A DNA stretch of 64,000 bases, from positions 128,001-192,000 of the forward strand of contig CAWAGQ010000010.1 in assembly GCA_963781585.1 (NCBI GenBank). The letters run 5' to 3'. Position 1 is the stretch's first letter, and every line of letters begins with the position of its first letter. A program made the position numbers and the translations under genes. Below the pieces are notes generated by a model that had not been told where the DNA came from, searched no databases, and saw nothing but the letters and a program-made list of their open reading frames with translations. Below are positions 40,734 through 50,782 of the stretch, in pieces. Source of the stretch: an uncultured Gemmatimonadaceae bacterium (GTDB lineage: Bacteria; Gemmatimonadota; Gemmatimonadetes; Gemmatimonadales; Gemmatimonadaceae).

Positions 40734-41174
40734 ATGGCATCATCCTGGAATGCATCACCCACAGCGAAGGCCAAGAACGCCGTACAGCGAGCGGTGACGT
40801 CCTTGTTGGACGAACTCGCTCCGGAGCGGGTGCTGAAGCGCGTCGAGCAGATTCCGGGCCCCATCGAGCAGCACCGCACGCCGACCGGCTGCGTGCTCCA
40901 GGCCGAGAACGCCGCGGTCAGTGTGAGCTGGTTCGCCGAGGCCGGGAATGACGCTGCCTTTGGTGAGCTTCAGGTCATCGTCTGGCGCGGCACCGTGACG
41001 CGGCGAGGTGCGCCACGCGCCGGAAGGGCCGCCACGACCGTGGCGGAGTTCGTCTTGCGCCCGGTCGAGCCGCCGGCGGATCCATGCATGTGGGAAGCGG
41101 CCGACGGGACGCGATACGATACGGCGGCGCTCGCGGCACGGTGCCTGGCACTTCTGGCCGAGCAGCTCTCCTGA
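40734..41174 (+). CDS. hypothetical protein
   Basis: Protein-like composition from ATG 40734, host codon use. Confidence 0.6.
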   Translation: MASSWNASPTAKAKNAVQRAVTSLLDELAPERVLKRVEQIPGPIEQHRTPTGCVLQAENAAVSVSWFAEAGNDAAFGELQVIVWRGTVTRRGAPRAGRAATTVAEFVLRPVEPPADPCMWEAADGTRYDTAALAARCLALLAEQLS

Positions 41175-41273
41175 GCGCTGACCGTCACCATGAGGCGCAG
41201 GTGCTGGACAGGGGAGCGGCCGGGTCTATTGCGGTTTCGCGAGAGTGAATAGGTTTCGGCGCGAGAGGCCCCT

Positions 41274-42987
<1,714 letters not shown>

Positions 42988-42991
<4 letters not shown>

Positions 42992-43437
42992 GCTACCTCC
43001 ACCAGTTCACCGATGCGTTGCTGGCCGTCGGACGGTTCCGTCGCCACTTCGCGATCCGACGTTGCAATATACTGCTCGAACTTCGCGCGCTCGATATACC
43101 AAACGCCTTCGTGCTTCTGCGCGCCGATCGAATCGGGCTTGTGTTTGCAGAGCCACCGCAACGTGCTCACGGGCATGCCACAAATCGCGTGCACATCCGC
43201 GATCGTCAGGTGAAGCCGGGTATCCCTGGCAGTGTTGATGGCTTCCGTGAGTTCACGAACACAATTGGCAAGTGTCATGACGGCGTCCGAGCCGGGCGAT
43301 CGTCGGCGAAGCACGACAAGTTCCGCGTCCCACTGGCGGAGTAGCGATATGGCAGGGCCCGCGACGATGAGGGTTGGCGCGCCAAGCCCCACGAACTCAC
43401 GAGTCGTCTCATTGGTGCCACGCGCAGTATCGACCAT
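42988..43437 (-). CDS. excisionase-like HTH protein
   Basis: LTIADVHAICGMPVSTLRWLC...GAQKHEGVWYIER (MerR/HTH_17-like); GTGA coupling to the integrase. Confidence 0.65.
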
Positions 43438-43604
43438 GTGGATGGCTGATCCTTGAGGCTCAACTGTCGCGTTCTAGGTGGTCGAGAAGCAGGCGAGGCG
43501 AGTCTACGCCCCACTAATCGGTACCACGAAATGGAGCCGATAGTTCTGGAAGTCTGGAGTCGAACGGTGCCCTCGGTCGCGAAGTACTGACAAGTGGAGC
43601 GCAA

Positions 43605-43997
43605 ATGGCCACTTCAGTGCTACCCCAATCAGCTATCGCAAAGGGCGACGAGATATCTCCGGCGGTTAGCGTGAGCGGTGGAACGCTCGCGCGACAGGCG
43701 ACTCGGCGCAGTTGTACCAAGCTGATCCGATTCACAGCAGAGGAACTCAACGTGGTCATGGCGCGAGCGGCGGCCACTGGACGCCCAGCTGCGTGCTTCA
43801 TCCGTGAGAGTGCGATGGGTCAGAAGCCGAAGGCCAGGATCGGCACGCTCGGCGACGCAGTGGTTCATCAACTGGGACGGGTTGCCATGCGCTTGGAGGA
43901 ACTCTCTGTCGCTGCCAAAACCGCCGGGCTCACGAACGCAGCGGAGTTTGACGCAGTCGTTCGCGATTTGCTCGACACCATCCGAAGCATCGACTGA
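43605..43997 (+). CDS. mobC: MobC-like relaxosome accessory protein (RHH)
   Basis: LIRFTAEEL...RAAATG....FIRE...HQLGRV; directly upstream of a relaxase. Confidence 0.75.
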   Translation: MATSVLPQSAIAKGDEISPAVSVSGGTLARQATRRSCTKLIRFTAEELNVVMARAAATGRPAACFIRESAMGQKPKARIGTLGDAVVHQLGRVAMRLEELSVAAKTAGLTNAAEFDAVVRDLLDTIRSID

Positions 43998-44023
43998 CGC
44001 CGACGCGGGCCGAGGCCAGAACG

Positions 44024-44256
44024 ATGATCGCCGTTTCGAGCAAGAGCCGTAGCTTCGAGTCCCTCGGCAAGTATCTCGTCAATGCGAAAGATGGCGACGA
44101 GCAGGATCGCGTCGCGTGGAGCGCCTCTCGCAACCTGCCGACGGACGATCCGGAACTCGCGGCCAGGATCATGCGGGCAACAGCGGCGCAGAACGTTCGA
44201 GTCGACCAACCCGTCTATCACCTCACAATCAGCTTCGATCCCGGCGACCCTGTCGG
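44024..44256 (+). pseudogene. relaxase (MOBP/VirD2-like) N-terminal fragment
   Basis: SFESLGKYL (motif I Tyr), PVYHLTISFDPGD (motif II); ends before the HxH motif III. Confidence 0.8.
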
Positions 44257-44952
44257 GTCGCACACGATCAGGTCCCAACGGCAGTCGGGAACCGCGAGCT
44301 TGACCTGCACATCTTCGTCACGGGACAGCTTGTCGAGACGTGCGATCACGAGGTTGTTTTCGAGGAACCAGTTTCCCGTCCGCGCGGCTTCCAGCTTGTC
44401 GTTCGTCAGAATCTCAAACGGGAGGTGGAAGCGGCGGAATAGCTCGTCCTGCCACTGCTCCGCGAGACTACCTGGACAGACGATGAGACAGCGTTGCAAA
44501 TCACCACGCGCGAGGAGTTCCTTGATGAACAGGCCCGCCATGATCGTCTTGCCGGCACCGGGATCGTCGGCGAGAAGGAATCGGAGCGGCTGGCGCGGCA
44601 ACATTGCTTCGTATACCGCTGTGATCTGGTGGGGAAGCGGGTCAACGAGTGAGGTATGGACGGCGAGTACCGGGTCGAACAGGTGCGCCAGCCGAATTCG
44701 GTGGGCCTCAGACACGAGCCGAAAGAGCTCGCCGTCGCCGTCAAAGCTCCACGCGCGTCCCTGCTCGACTACTTCGAGCCGTGGCTCGTCGTGCCGATAC
44801 AGAAGCTGATTCGCTACGCGACCGGCCGGGTCCTTGTACGTGAGTTCGAGCGCCTCGGATCCGAACCACTGGACGTTCACGACCGTGACGATGCAGTCCG
44901 GGAGGACGCCGCGGACGGAGGCGCTTGGCTGCAGGTCCTGAAGCTTGCTCAT
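44257..44952 (-). pseudogene. SNF2-family helicase N-terminal fragment
   Basis: PLPHQITAV, RFLLADDPGAGKT, CPGSLAEQWQDEL; breaks at WDLIVCD just before EAH. Confidence 0.88.
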
Positions 44953-46022
44953 CGGCGAGCGTCGCGAGCCGCGACCATCGTGATGAAAGCGTAGACGTAC
45001 GGGCCGCGCCGTGCCGCGTGGACACGGATTGGGAGCGCCGGCAGCGCGCCCGTCGACGAGTCTTCCCACCAACTTTGATCTTCCTGAGCGGTGAGGTCGG
45101 TTTCCGTCGCCGACTCGAACGCCTTGTAGAGAACAGAACGCTGCGGCACGCGCATGTTCGGCCTGATCGCGAATCCGGCGTCGTCGGCGAACTCGTTTGG
45201 CACCACCTTCACCGCGCGGAGCTTCGCCGTCGGTCCGGGGGCGAAGGCGAAGCTCTGCTGCCCCGAACGGCGGAAACGATCTTCGGCCCTCTTGAAGGCC
45301 ATCTCTGCTTCAACGAGCAACATCGGCCGATCCTGCAAGTGCAGGCACGCCATCCCTGACGCGAAGATGCTCGGCGTGGGATCGATCGTTGCCCGCGCGG
45401 CCTCAAGAGCGCGAAAGGTCACGCCATGCTCACCGATGGCTGCATCCAGCATGGGCCGGAACAAGGGCTCGTAGAAAGCTAGATGTCCGGCGACGTGATC
45501 GACTACGGTCTCGATCGGATCCTTCTTCACTTCCGTGAAGGTGGGAGTCCGTCGGAATCCTGTGAATGCGAGCTGAGCGGGATGGAGCACGAGATGTGTG
45601 ATCTCGTGCCACGCCGTGAAGTAAGCCCGTGCGGCGCGGGTTCCCCGAGCGTCCACAATCGCGAGATAGCGGGGCCGGTGGAGGTCTTCGGTCTCTCGTT
45701 CGAGCGTTATGCCTTCCGTCGTGTCCTTCACGAATTCCTGTTCCAGCTGCCGACTGAGGGCCGAATGGAATTCAGCGAACTTCGACGCGATAGTCCTCAC
45801 ATCCTCGTCAGATCGGATGTAATCGACTCGCACCCGGTACTTGTGGGAGAGTACGCCGAGGAGCGCACCGAGTGACTCGACCGGTATTGGCGCGTTCTCG
45901 ACGATGCTCCGGACCTGGTCCAACGCGAAGCGTCGGATGGCGGCGAGGCAATCGCCGCGCGTGCTTAACCCGAGCTCTTTGGCTAGAGTCACAACGCGTG
46001 GGTGGCGTGCGATCGGGGGCAT
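44949..46022 (-). CDS. IrrE/ImmA-family Zn metallopeptidase (CapP-like)
   Basis: RAYFTAWHEITH HExxH, downstream DPIE; follows an XRE gene; start could be 46073 or 46091. Confidence 0.75.
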   Translation of the reverse strand: MPPIARHPRVVTLAKELGLSTRGDCLAAIRRFALDQVRSIVENAPIPVESLGALLGVLSHKYRVRVDYIRSDEDVRTIASKFAEFHSALSRQLEQEFVKDTTEGITLERETEDLHRPRYLAIVDARGTRAARAYFTAWHEITHLVLHPAQLAFTGFRRTPTFTEVKKDPIETVVDHVAGHLAFYEPLFRPMLDAAIGEHGVTFRALEAARATIDPTPSIFASGMACLHLQDRPMLLVEAEMAFKRAEDRFRRSGQQSFAFAPGPTAKLRAVKVVPNEFADDAGFAIRPNMRVPQRSVLYKAFESATETDLTAQEDQSWWEDSSTGALPALPIRVHAARRGPYVYAFITMVAARDARR

Positions 46023-46048
46023 CGTGCTAGCGGAAGTGGCCGCTGCCG

Positions 46049-46498
46049 CTAACGCGGCGACTGCCTGAGCCATTCGTGTAGACGCCTCCACTGCTCCTTC
46101 GAGTAGGGGCGAGCATTGTCATCACCTCCGGGCGACCCACTGCGGCGTGCGACCACCATTCCGCGTGCGCTAAGGAGCTGGCGCGCCTCCTGAAGGGACA
46201 AGTTCTCCTCTTCGGCGTACGTGGCCAACTCGGACGGAATCACTACTGGCTCTCGCTTCGGCCCGCGTGGAAGCTCTCCCTTGACGAGGTAATCCAGTGT
46301 CGTCTCTAGTGCGTCCGCCAAGCGCATAAGAGCATCGGCGCCCGGCTTTCGATGGCCGTTCTCCACCTCGCTAATGAAGGTGACGCTTATCTCTGCGTTC
46401 TTGGCCAGCTCTTGTTGCTTCAGCCCACGCTTTTCGCGGAGGTCTGCAACCCGGGCGCCGAGCGTTGCGGGAACGGAGGGTTTGCTGATGTTTGACAT
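46049..46498 (-). CDS. XRE-family HTH regulator (CapH-like)
   Basis: LREKRGLKQQELAKNAEISVTFISEVENGHRKPG...LADALETTLDYL. Confidence 0.92.
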   Translation of the reverse strand: MSNISKPSVPATLGARVADLREKRGLKQQELAKNAEISVTFISEVENGHRKPGADALMRLADALETTLDYLVKGELPRGPKREPVVIPSELATYAEEENLSLQEARQLLSARGMVVARRSGSPGGDDNARPYSKEQWRRLHEWLRQSPR

Positions 46499-46535
46499 TT
46501 ACAGTATGCGCTAGTAGCTTACCGTATGATGTAAG
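46492..46535 (+). promoter_or_regulatory. sigma70 promoter with operator repeats for the Ubl operon
   Basis: TTGACA(46492)-N17-TAGCTT(46515); TTAC[A/C]GTATG at 46499 and 46519; CTTAC-N8-GTAAG 46518-46535. Confidence 0.7.
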
Positions 46536-46630
46536 TCACCGAAGGCGATCGTATCAAAGATGCACGAAGGCCGACCGGGTGGCAAGGAACTTCAACGTGG
46601 GTTGCGCCGTTCGGCGCGGAGGATTCGAAA

Positions 46631-46942
46631 ATGGGTGAACAGGCGAGTGCAGGGGGAGCAGGGGCTGGAGTCGCGCCGCACGGCAACAGTGGCCAGGGCG
46701 ACGGTCACCGGCAGGATGTTGTCGAGATCACGATCAACAACAAGCCGTACCAGATCCATCGCGGTCGGCAGACGGTCCTCGCCATCAAGACGCTGGGCGG
46801 CGTTCCGCAAGCCGATGAACTTGCGCAGGTGGTCGAGGGAAACACGCCTCCGTTGACGCCACTCAAGGATGACGGCAGCGTGACCATCAAGGGCGGCGAG
46901 ATCTTCGTCTCCTACCCGAGGGACAGCGGGTCCTCCAACTGA
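46631..46942 (+). CDS. bubA: ubiquitin-like protein (multiubiquitin domain, BubA-like)
   Basis: ITINNKPY...TVLAIKTLGGVP...L...L.DD..VTIKGGEIFVS beta-grasp pattern; tail RDSGSSN. Confidence 0.8.
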   Translation: MGEQASAGGAGAGVAPHGNSGQGDGHRQDVVEITINNKPYQIHRGRQTVLAIKTLGGVPQADELAQVVEGNTPPLTPLKDDGSVTIKGGEIFVSYPRDSGSSN

Positions 46943-46944
46943 CG

Positions 46945-47283
46945 ATGTCGTTTCCAGGCGAACAGGTGGCGGAGCTGAGCGCGCTATACCCCGGACTCCA
47001 GCAGGCGACGGAGGCCGGGGTGCTCTACTTCTTGATCCCCAGCCTCGCGCTCCCGGCCGGATGTTCCGCGGCAAGCGTGGACGCGCTCCTATGTCCGACT
47101 CAAAGGGAAGGGTACGAATCCCGGCTGTTTCTCTCGAAACAGATTACCTGTGCGGCCACTCGGAATTGGAACGCATCGAACATTCGCGTTCTGGAGCGTA
47201 ACTGGTTCGCGGTATCGTGGAAGACGCGTTCGGGGTTGCGACTCGCGCAGATGGTAAGCGCGCACATCGAGGCGTTTCGCTGA
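46945..47283 (+). CDS. bubB: prokaryotic E2-like protein (BubB-like)
   Basis: YFLIPSLALPAG, DALL.P...GY, RNWFAVSW; between the Ubl and E1 genes. Confidence 0.72.
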   Translation: MSFPGEQVAELSALYPGLQQATEAGVLYFLIPSLALPAGCSAASVDALLCPTQREGYESRLFLSKQITCAATRNWNASNIRVLERNWFAVSWKTRSGLRLAQMVSAHIEAFR

Positions 47284-48689
47284 TGACGATGAGACGAGGT
47301 AGAATAGCGAGGCACGTCGCGCGCGACGCGCACACATACAGCGAGCCCCCCGTCGGCGCCGCGATTCTGCGGATCCCGAACACGATCGCCGACCGAGTTC
47401 GGGACGACCTGCGGCGGCCCCATCGATTCGCGGCGGAGCGCATCGGATTTCTGAGCGCGGCGGTCGGGCCCACTGAGGCCGGCCTCGTGATAGTCGCGGC
47501 GGAGTATTACACCGTCGCCGACGAGCACTACGTTCCCGGGCGTGGAGCCGGTGGTCGCATTGGTGTCCAGGCGATCCGAGAGGCAATGACGCGCGCGATC
47601 GCGTCTGGCCTCGGCATCTTCCATGTGCATCTCCATGAGCACAGCGGGGTCCCGTCGTTCAGCCCCACCGACCGCGCCGAGCAGACGCGCCTCGTGCAGA
47701 GCCTGAACGCTGCCTCTCCAAACCGGCCGCACGGCATGATCGTGCTTAGCGCCGACGGTGCGAATGCTTGGATATGGATGCCTGGCGAGACGGTACCGTC
47801 CGTTCCTGCGCGCCTGGCGTTGGTCGGCTACCCGATGCACTTGGTTGGCGGCGCCACTCGGCGTCGGAACCGCCGAGCGGGCGATCGGTACTCTCGACAG
47901 TCGTTCCTCGGGCCCGAGAGTGAAGAGCAGCTTGGTACCGTTCGGATCGGATTGCTGGGATTCGGCGGCGGCGGGTCACACGTGGGTCAGCAGCTTGCTC
48001 ACCTCGGCGCGGAGAGCGTACGCGTTGCAGATGGTGACCGAATCGACGATTCGAACCTGAATCGGCTCGTCGGTGCGACCGCGGGCGACGTCCGCGCCAA
48101 GCGCCTCAAAGTCGATATCGCAAGGCGCATCGTCTCTGCGGTGAACCAGCAAGCGGACGTCATTACACATGACGGGCCCTGGCAGGAGCGTGCCGACCTG
48201 TTCCGCTCCTGTGACATCCTCGTTGGGTGTGTCGACTCGTTCAAGCAGCGGCAAGAAGCCGAGGTGCTCGCTCGGCGCTTCGCGATTCCATACATCGACA
48301 TTGGCATGGACGTTCATCAGGTCGACGACGATCCGCCGCGCATCGGCGGTCAGCTAATACTGTCGATGCCGGGCGGCCCCTGCATGACCTGTTTCGGATT
48401 CCTCACGCCAGAAAAACTCGCGAGCGAGGCGGCGCGGTACGGCGATGCGGGCGGTCGGCCGCAGGTCGTCTGGCCGAACGGAGTCCTCGCGTCCTCAGCC
48501 GTCGGCGTTATCGTTGATCTCGTGACGGGCTGGACGCGGATGCGAGATCGGATCGTGTACCTCTCGTACGACGGGAATCTTGGGACGCTCACGGATCACG
48601 TTCGCCTGCGCCACCTTCGATGGAGTTCGTGCCCGCACTTTCCGGAGGGCGCGGTCGGGATGCCGCGATTCACGCCAGCGCGAGCGTAG
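47283..48689 (+). CDS. JAB-like peptidase fused to ThiF/E1 adenylation domain (BubCD-like)
   Basis: ERIGF...HLH...SPTD; GFGGGGS, DGD....SNLNR, GCVDS, CMTC, CPH; TGATG coupling. Confidence 0.85.
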   Translation: MTMRRGRIARHVARDAHTYSEPPVGAAILRIPNTIADRVRDDLRRPHRFAAERIGFLSAAVGPTEAGLVIVAAEYYTVADEHYVPGRGAGGRIGVQAIREAMTRAIASGLGIFHVHLHEHSGVPSFSPTDRAEQTRLVQSLNAASPNRPHGMIVLSADGANAWIWMPGETVPSVPARLALVGYPMHLVGGATRRRNRRAGDRYSRQSFLGPESEEQLGTVRIGLLGFGGGGSHVGQQLAHLGAESVRVADGDRIDDSNLNRLVGATAGDVRAKRLKVDIARRIVSAVNQQADVITHDGPWQERADLFRSCDILVGCVDSFKQRQEAEVLARRFAIPYIDIGMDVHQVDDDPPRIGGQLILSMPGGPCMTCFGFLTPEKLASEAARYGDAGGRPQVVWPNGVLASSAVGVIVDLVTGWTRMRDRIVYLSYDGNLGTLTDHVRLRHLRWSSCPHFPEGAVGMPRFTPARA

Positions 48690-48776
48690 CGTAGCGCATT
48701 GGTCCGACGAATCCACTCGCGCTCGACGTACTGACACGCATTTCGTAGCCAACCAGTTTCGAGAGGACAGGCCTGG

Positions 48777-50780
48777 ATGTGGTCCGATAACGAAGCCGAA
48801 ATCGACCTCCTCAATGTTGAACACCTTGTTGGTGCGGTTCTCCGCGTCGTCAGGGATGATCGCCTCGACCCAGTCACGGTCGGTGTATACGGCGACTGGG
48901 GAAGCGGGAAGTCCAGCGTTATCCAGCTACTTCGTCAGCGCATCGCGACGGAGCCGGATCTACTCGCCGTGTACTTCAATGGATGGCGTTTCGAGGGCTA
49001 CGAGGACGCTAAGGCGGCGTTGGCCTCGACCATACTGGAGCAGATCCAAGAGGAAGCGGCGAAGCCGAACGGCGGGAAGTTTGCTCGGGCGAAAGACGCA
49101 GTCGTTGCTGCAGTGAGCGGCCTCTGGGATCGCGTGGACAAATTGCGGTTGAGCAAGCAGGCGCTGACAGTCGGTGCAAACGCCGGGCTCGCCGCTGGAG
49201 CGCTGGCAATCGGCGCTACGGCAGCTGTGCCAGTTACTGCGGCCGCGATCTTCGGCGTCGTGGTCAAGTCATTGCTCCACTCCGGTAAGGAGATCGACGG
49301 CGAGAAGCTCGCCGAACTGATCAAGGAGCGTGAAAAGGCCGAATCGAAGGACCAGCGCGACATGCACGTCTCGGTGCGGGACTTCCACAAGGAGTTCGCC
49401 AAGCTCGTTGCGCAGCTCGGCGTCAAGCGGCTTGTCGTGATAGTTGACGATCTCGACCGGTGCCTTCCGCACAACGTTATCGAGACTCTCGAGGCGATCC
49501 GGCTCTTTCTGGCTGCGCCGAAGACTGCCTTCGTCATCGCGGCCGACGAAGCGCTGATTCGGGAGGCCGTCGGGTATCGGTTTGCTGAACCGACGCCGGT
49601 GCTTGGAGCCGAGGGACGCCCGCGAGCGTCGATCGGAGCGCGTTATCTGGAGAAATTGATCCAGGTGCCAATCCGGGTTCCTCCCTTGTCACGGAGCGAC
49701 CTACACGGGTACCTGAACCTCCTCTTCGCGGAGGAACGGTCCGCGAATGCGGCCAGCTTCGCGCAGCTCGCCGGGCGCGTGCGCAGCGCGTCATCCTACG
49801 ACGTCATCTCGTTCCATCCGGGCAACGCTGAGAATCTCTTGGGAGGGCCGATCAGCGATGACCTCAAGGCGGATTTCGTCTTGGCCGAACAGATAGCTCC
49901 GGTGCTGGCACTCACGGCGGAAGGAAACCCGCGCCAGACGAAGCGGTTTCTCAATGCACTCGTCTTACGGTTGGAGATGGCCCATGCTCGCGGCATGACG
50001 CTTGATCGCCAGGTAGCAGCGAAACTTCTACTTCTCGAATACTTCTTGCCCGAGCTGTTTCGCTCGCTCGCCCTTGAGGTTGCGGCCAACGAGGGGCAGT
50101 CCCCATCACTGGCAGCTCTTGAGGCAGACGCGCGAACGATTGGTACGACTGCGGGCGGCGGTGTGCGAGACGGCGTCGGGACCGGAAGCACCTTCGCGAC
50201 GCAGGCGGCGGCAATGCGGGCAAGCGACCGGTTCCTCACTTGGGTGCGTACGGACCCTGAACTCGGAAATCTGGATTTGCGGCCGTACGTGTATTTCGCA
50301 AGCGAGCGCTACGCGCTGCCCGTCGGTGTGGCGCAGCGATTGAGCCCATCCGGAGCCCGGGCGCTTCAGGACCTGCGCTCAGATAGCGAGGCGCTGCACC
50401 AGAAGGCTGCCGAGGCCGCAACAGGTCTCCCGCTTCCTGAGCTAACCGCAATCATCGGCGAGTTGACTGCCTACGCTCGAACGGGTCGAGTTAACCTCGA
50501 TGAGCGTACGTCACCACTCTCGGCGATGGTCGAAGTCGCCAAGCGCCGCCCTGACGTCGCTCCTGACGTTCTTGCGTCGATTCTCGGCCTGCCATCCGAC
50601 ATGGTGCCGGTTGCGGCTCCGGTGCTCGTAAATGCTCTCGGCAGCGTCGCTGGTATGCGGGACGCCGCGACGAGCGCTCTTGAGACGCTTGCTTCCTCAC
50701 CGAACAAGGCGGTCAAGGCTGCGGCCGAGGGTCGCCTTCGGGCCGTGCGTGACGGGTCAGCCGCGAATCGGGGGCGGTAG
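48777..50780 (+). CDS. qatA: QatA KAP-family P-loop NTPase
   Basis: MWSDNE...DLLN, GDWGSGKSS, VIVDDLDRC, YLEKLIQVP, GNPRQTKRFLN. Confidence 0.9.
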   Translation: MWSDNEAEIDLLNVEHLVGAVLRVVRDDRLDPVTVGVYGDWGSGKSSVIQLLRQRIATEPDLLAVYFNGWRFEGYEDAKAALASTILEQIQEEAAKPNGGKFARAKDAVVAAVSGLWDRVDKLRLSKQALTVGANAGLAAGALAIGATAAVPVTAAAIFGVVVKSLLHSGKEIDGEKLAELIKEREKAESKDQRDMHVSVRDFHKEFAKLVAQLGVKRLVVIVDDLDRCLPHNVIETLEAIRLFLAAPKTAFVIAADEALIREAVGYRFAEPTPVLGAEGRPRASIGARYLEKLIQVPIRVPPLSRSDLHGYLNLLFAEERSANAASFAQLAGRVRSASSYDVISFHPGNAENLLGGPISDDLKADFVLAEQIAPVLALTAEGNPRQTKRFLNALVLRLEMAHARGMTLDRQVAAKLLLLEYFLPELFRSLALEVAANEGQSPSLAALEADARTIGTTAGGGVRDGVGTGSTFATQAAAMRASDRFLTWVRTDPELGNLDLRPYVYFASERYALPVGVAQRLSPSGARALQDLRSDSEALHQKAAEAATGLPLPELTAIIGELTAYARTGRVNLDERTSPLSAMVEVAKRRPDVAPDVLASILGLPSDMVPVAAPVLVNALGSVAGMRDAATSALETLASSPNKAVKAAAEGRLRAVRDGSAANRGR

Positions 50781-50782
50781 CT

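Noticed and set aside
43438..43700. oriT upstream of or within mobC (hairpin GCGTGAGCG-N6-CGCTCGCGC near 43669)
   Set aside because: Plausible location but no recognisable nic consensus; cannot be supported
44024..44809. Full 261-aa relaxase as listed in the ORF track
   Set aside because: Only the first ~78 aa are relaxase-like; the rest is antisense to the helicase fragment
47283..48689. ThiF/MoeB of thiamine or molybdopterin synthesis
   Set aside because: JAB fusion, E2-like neighbour, non-ThiS Ubl and no cofactor genes nearby
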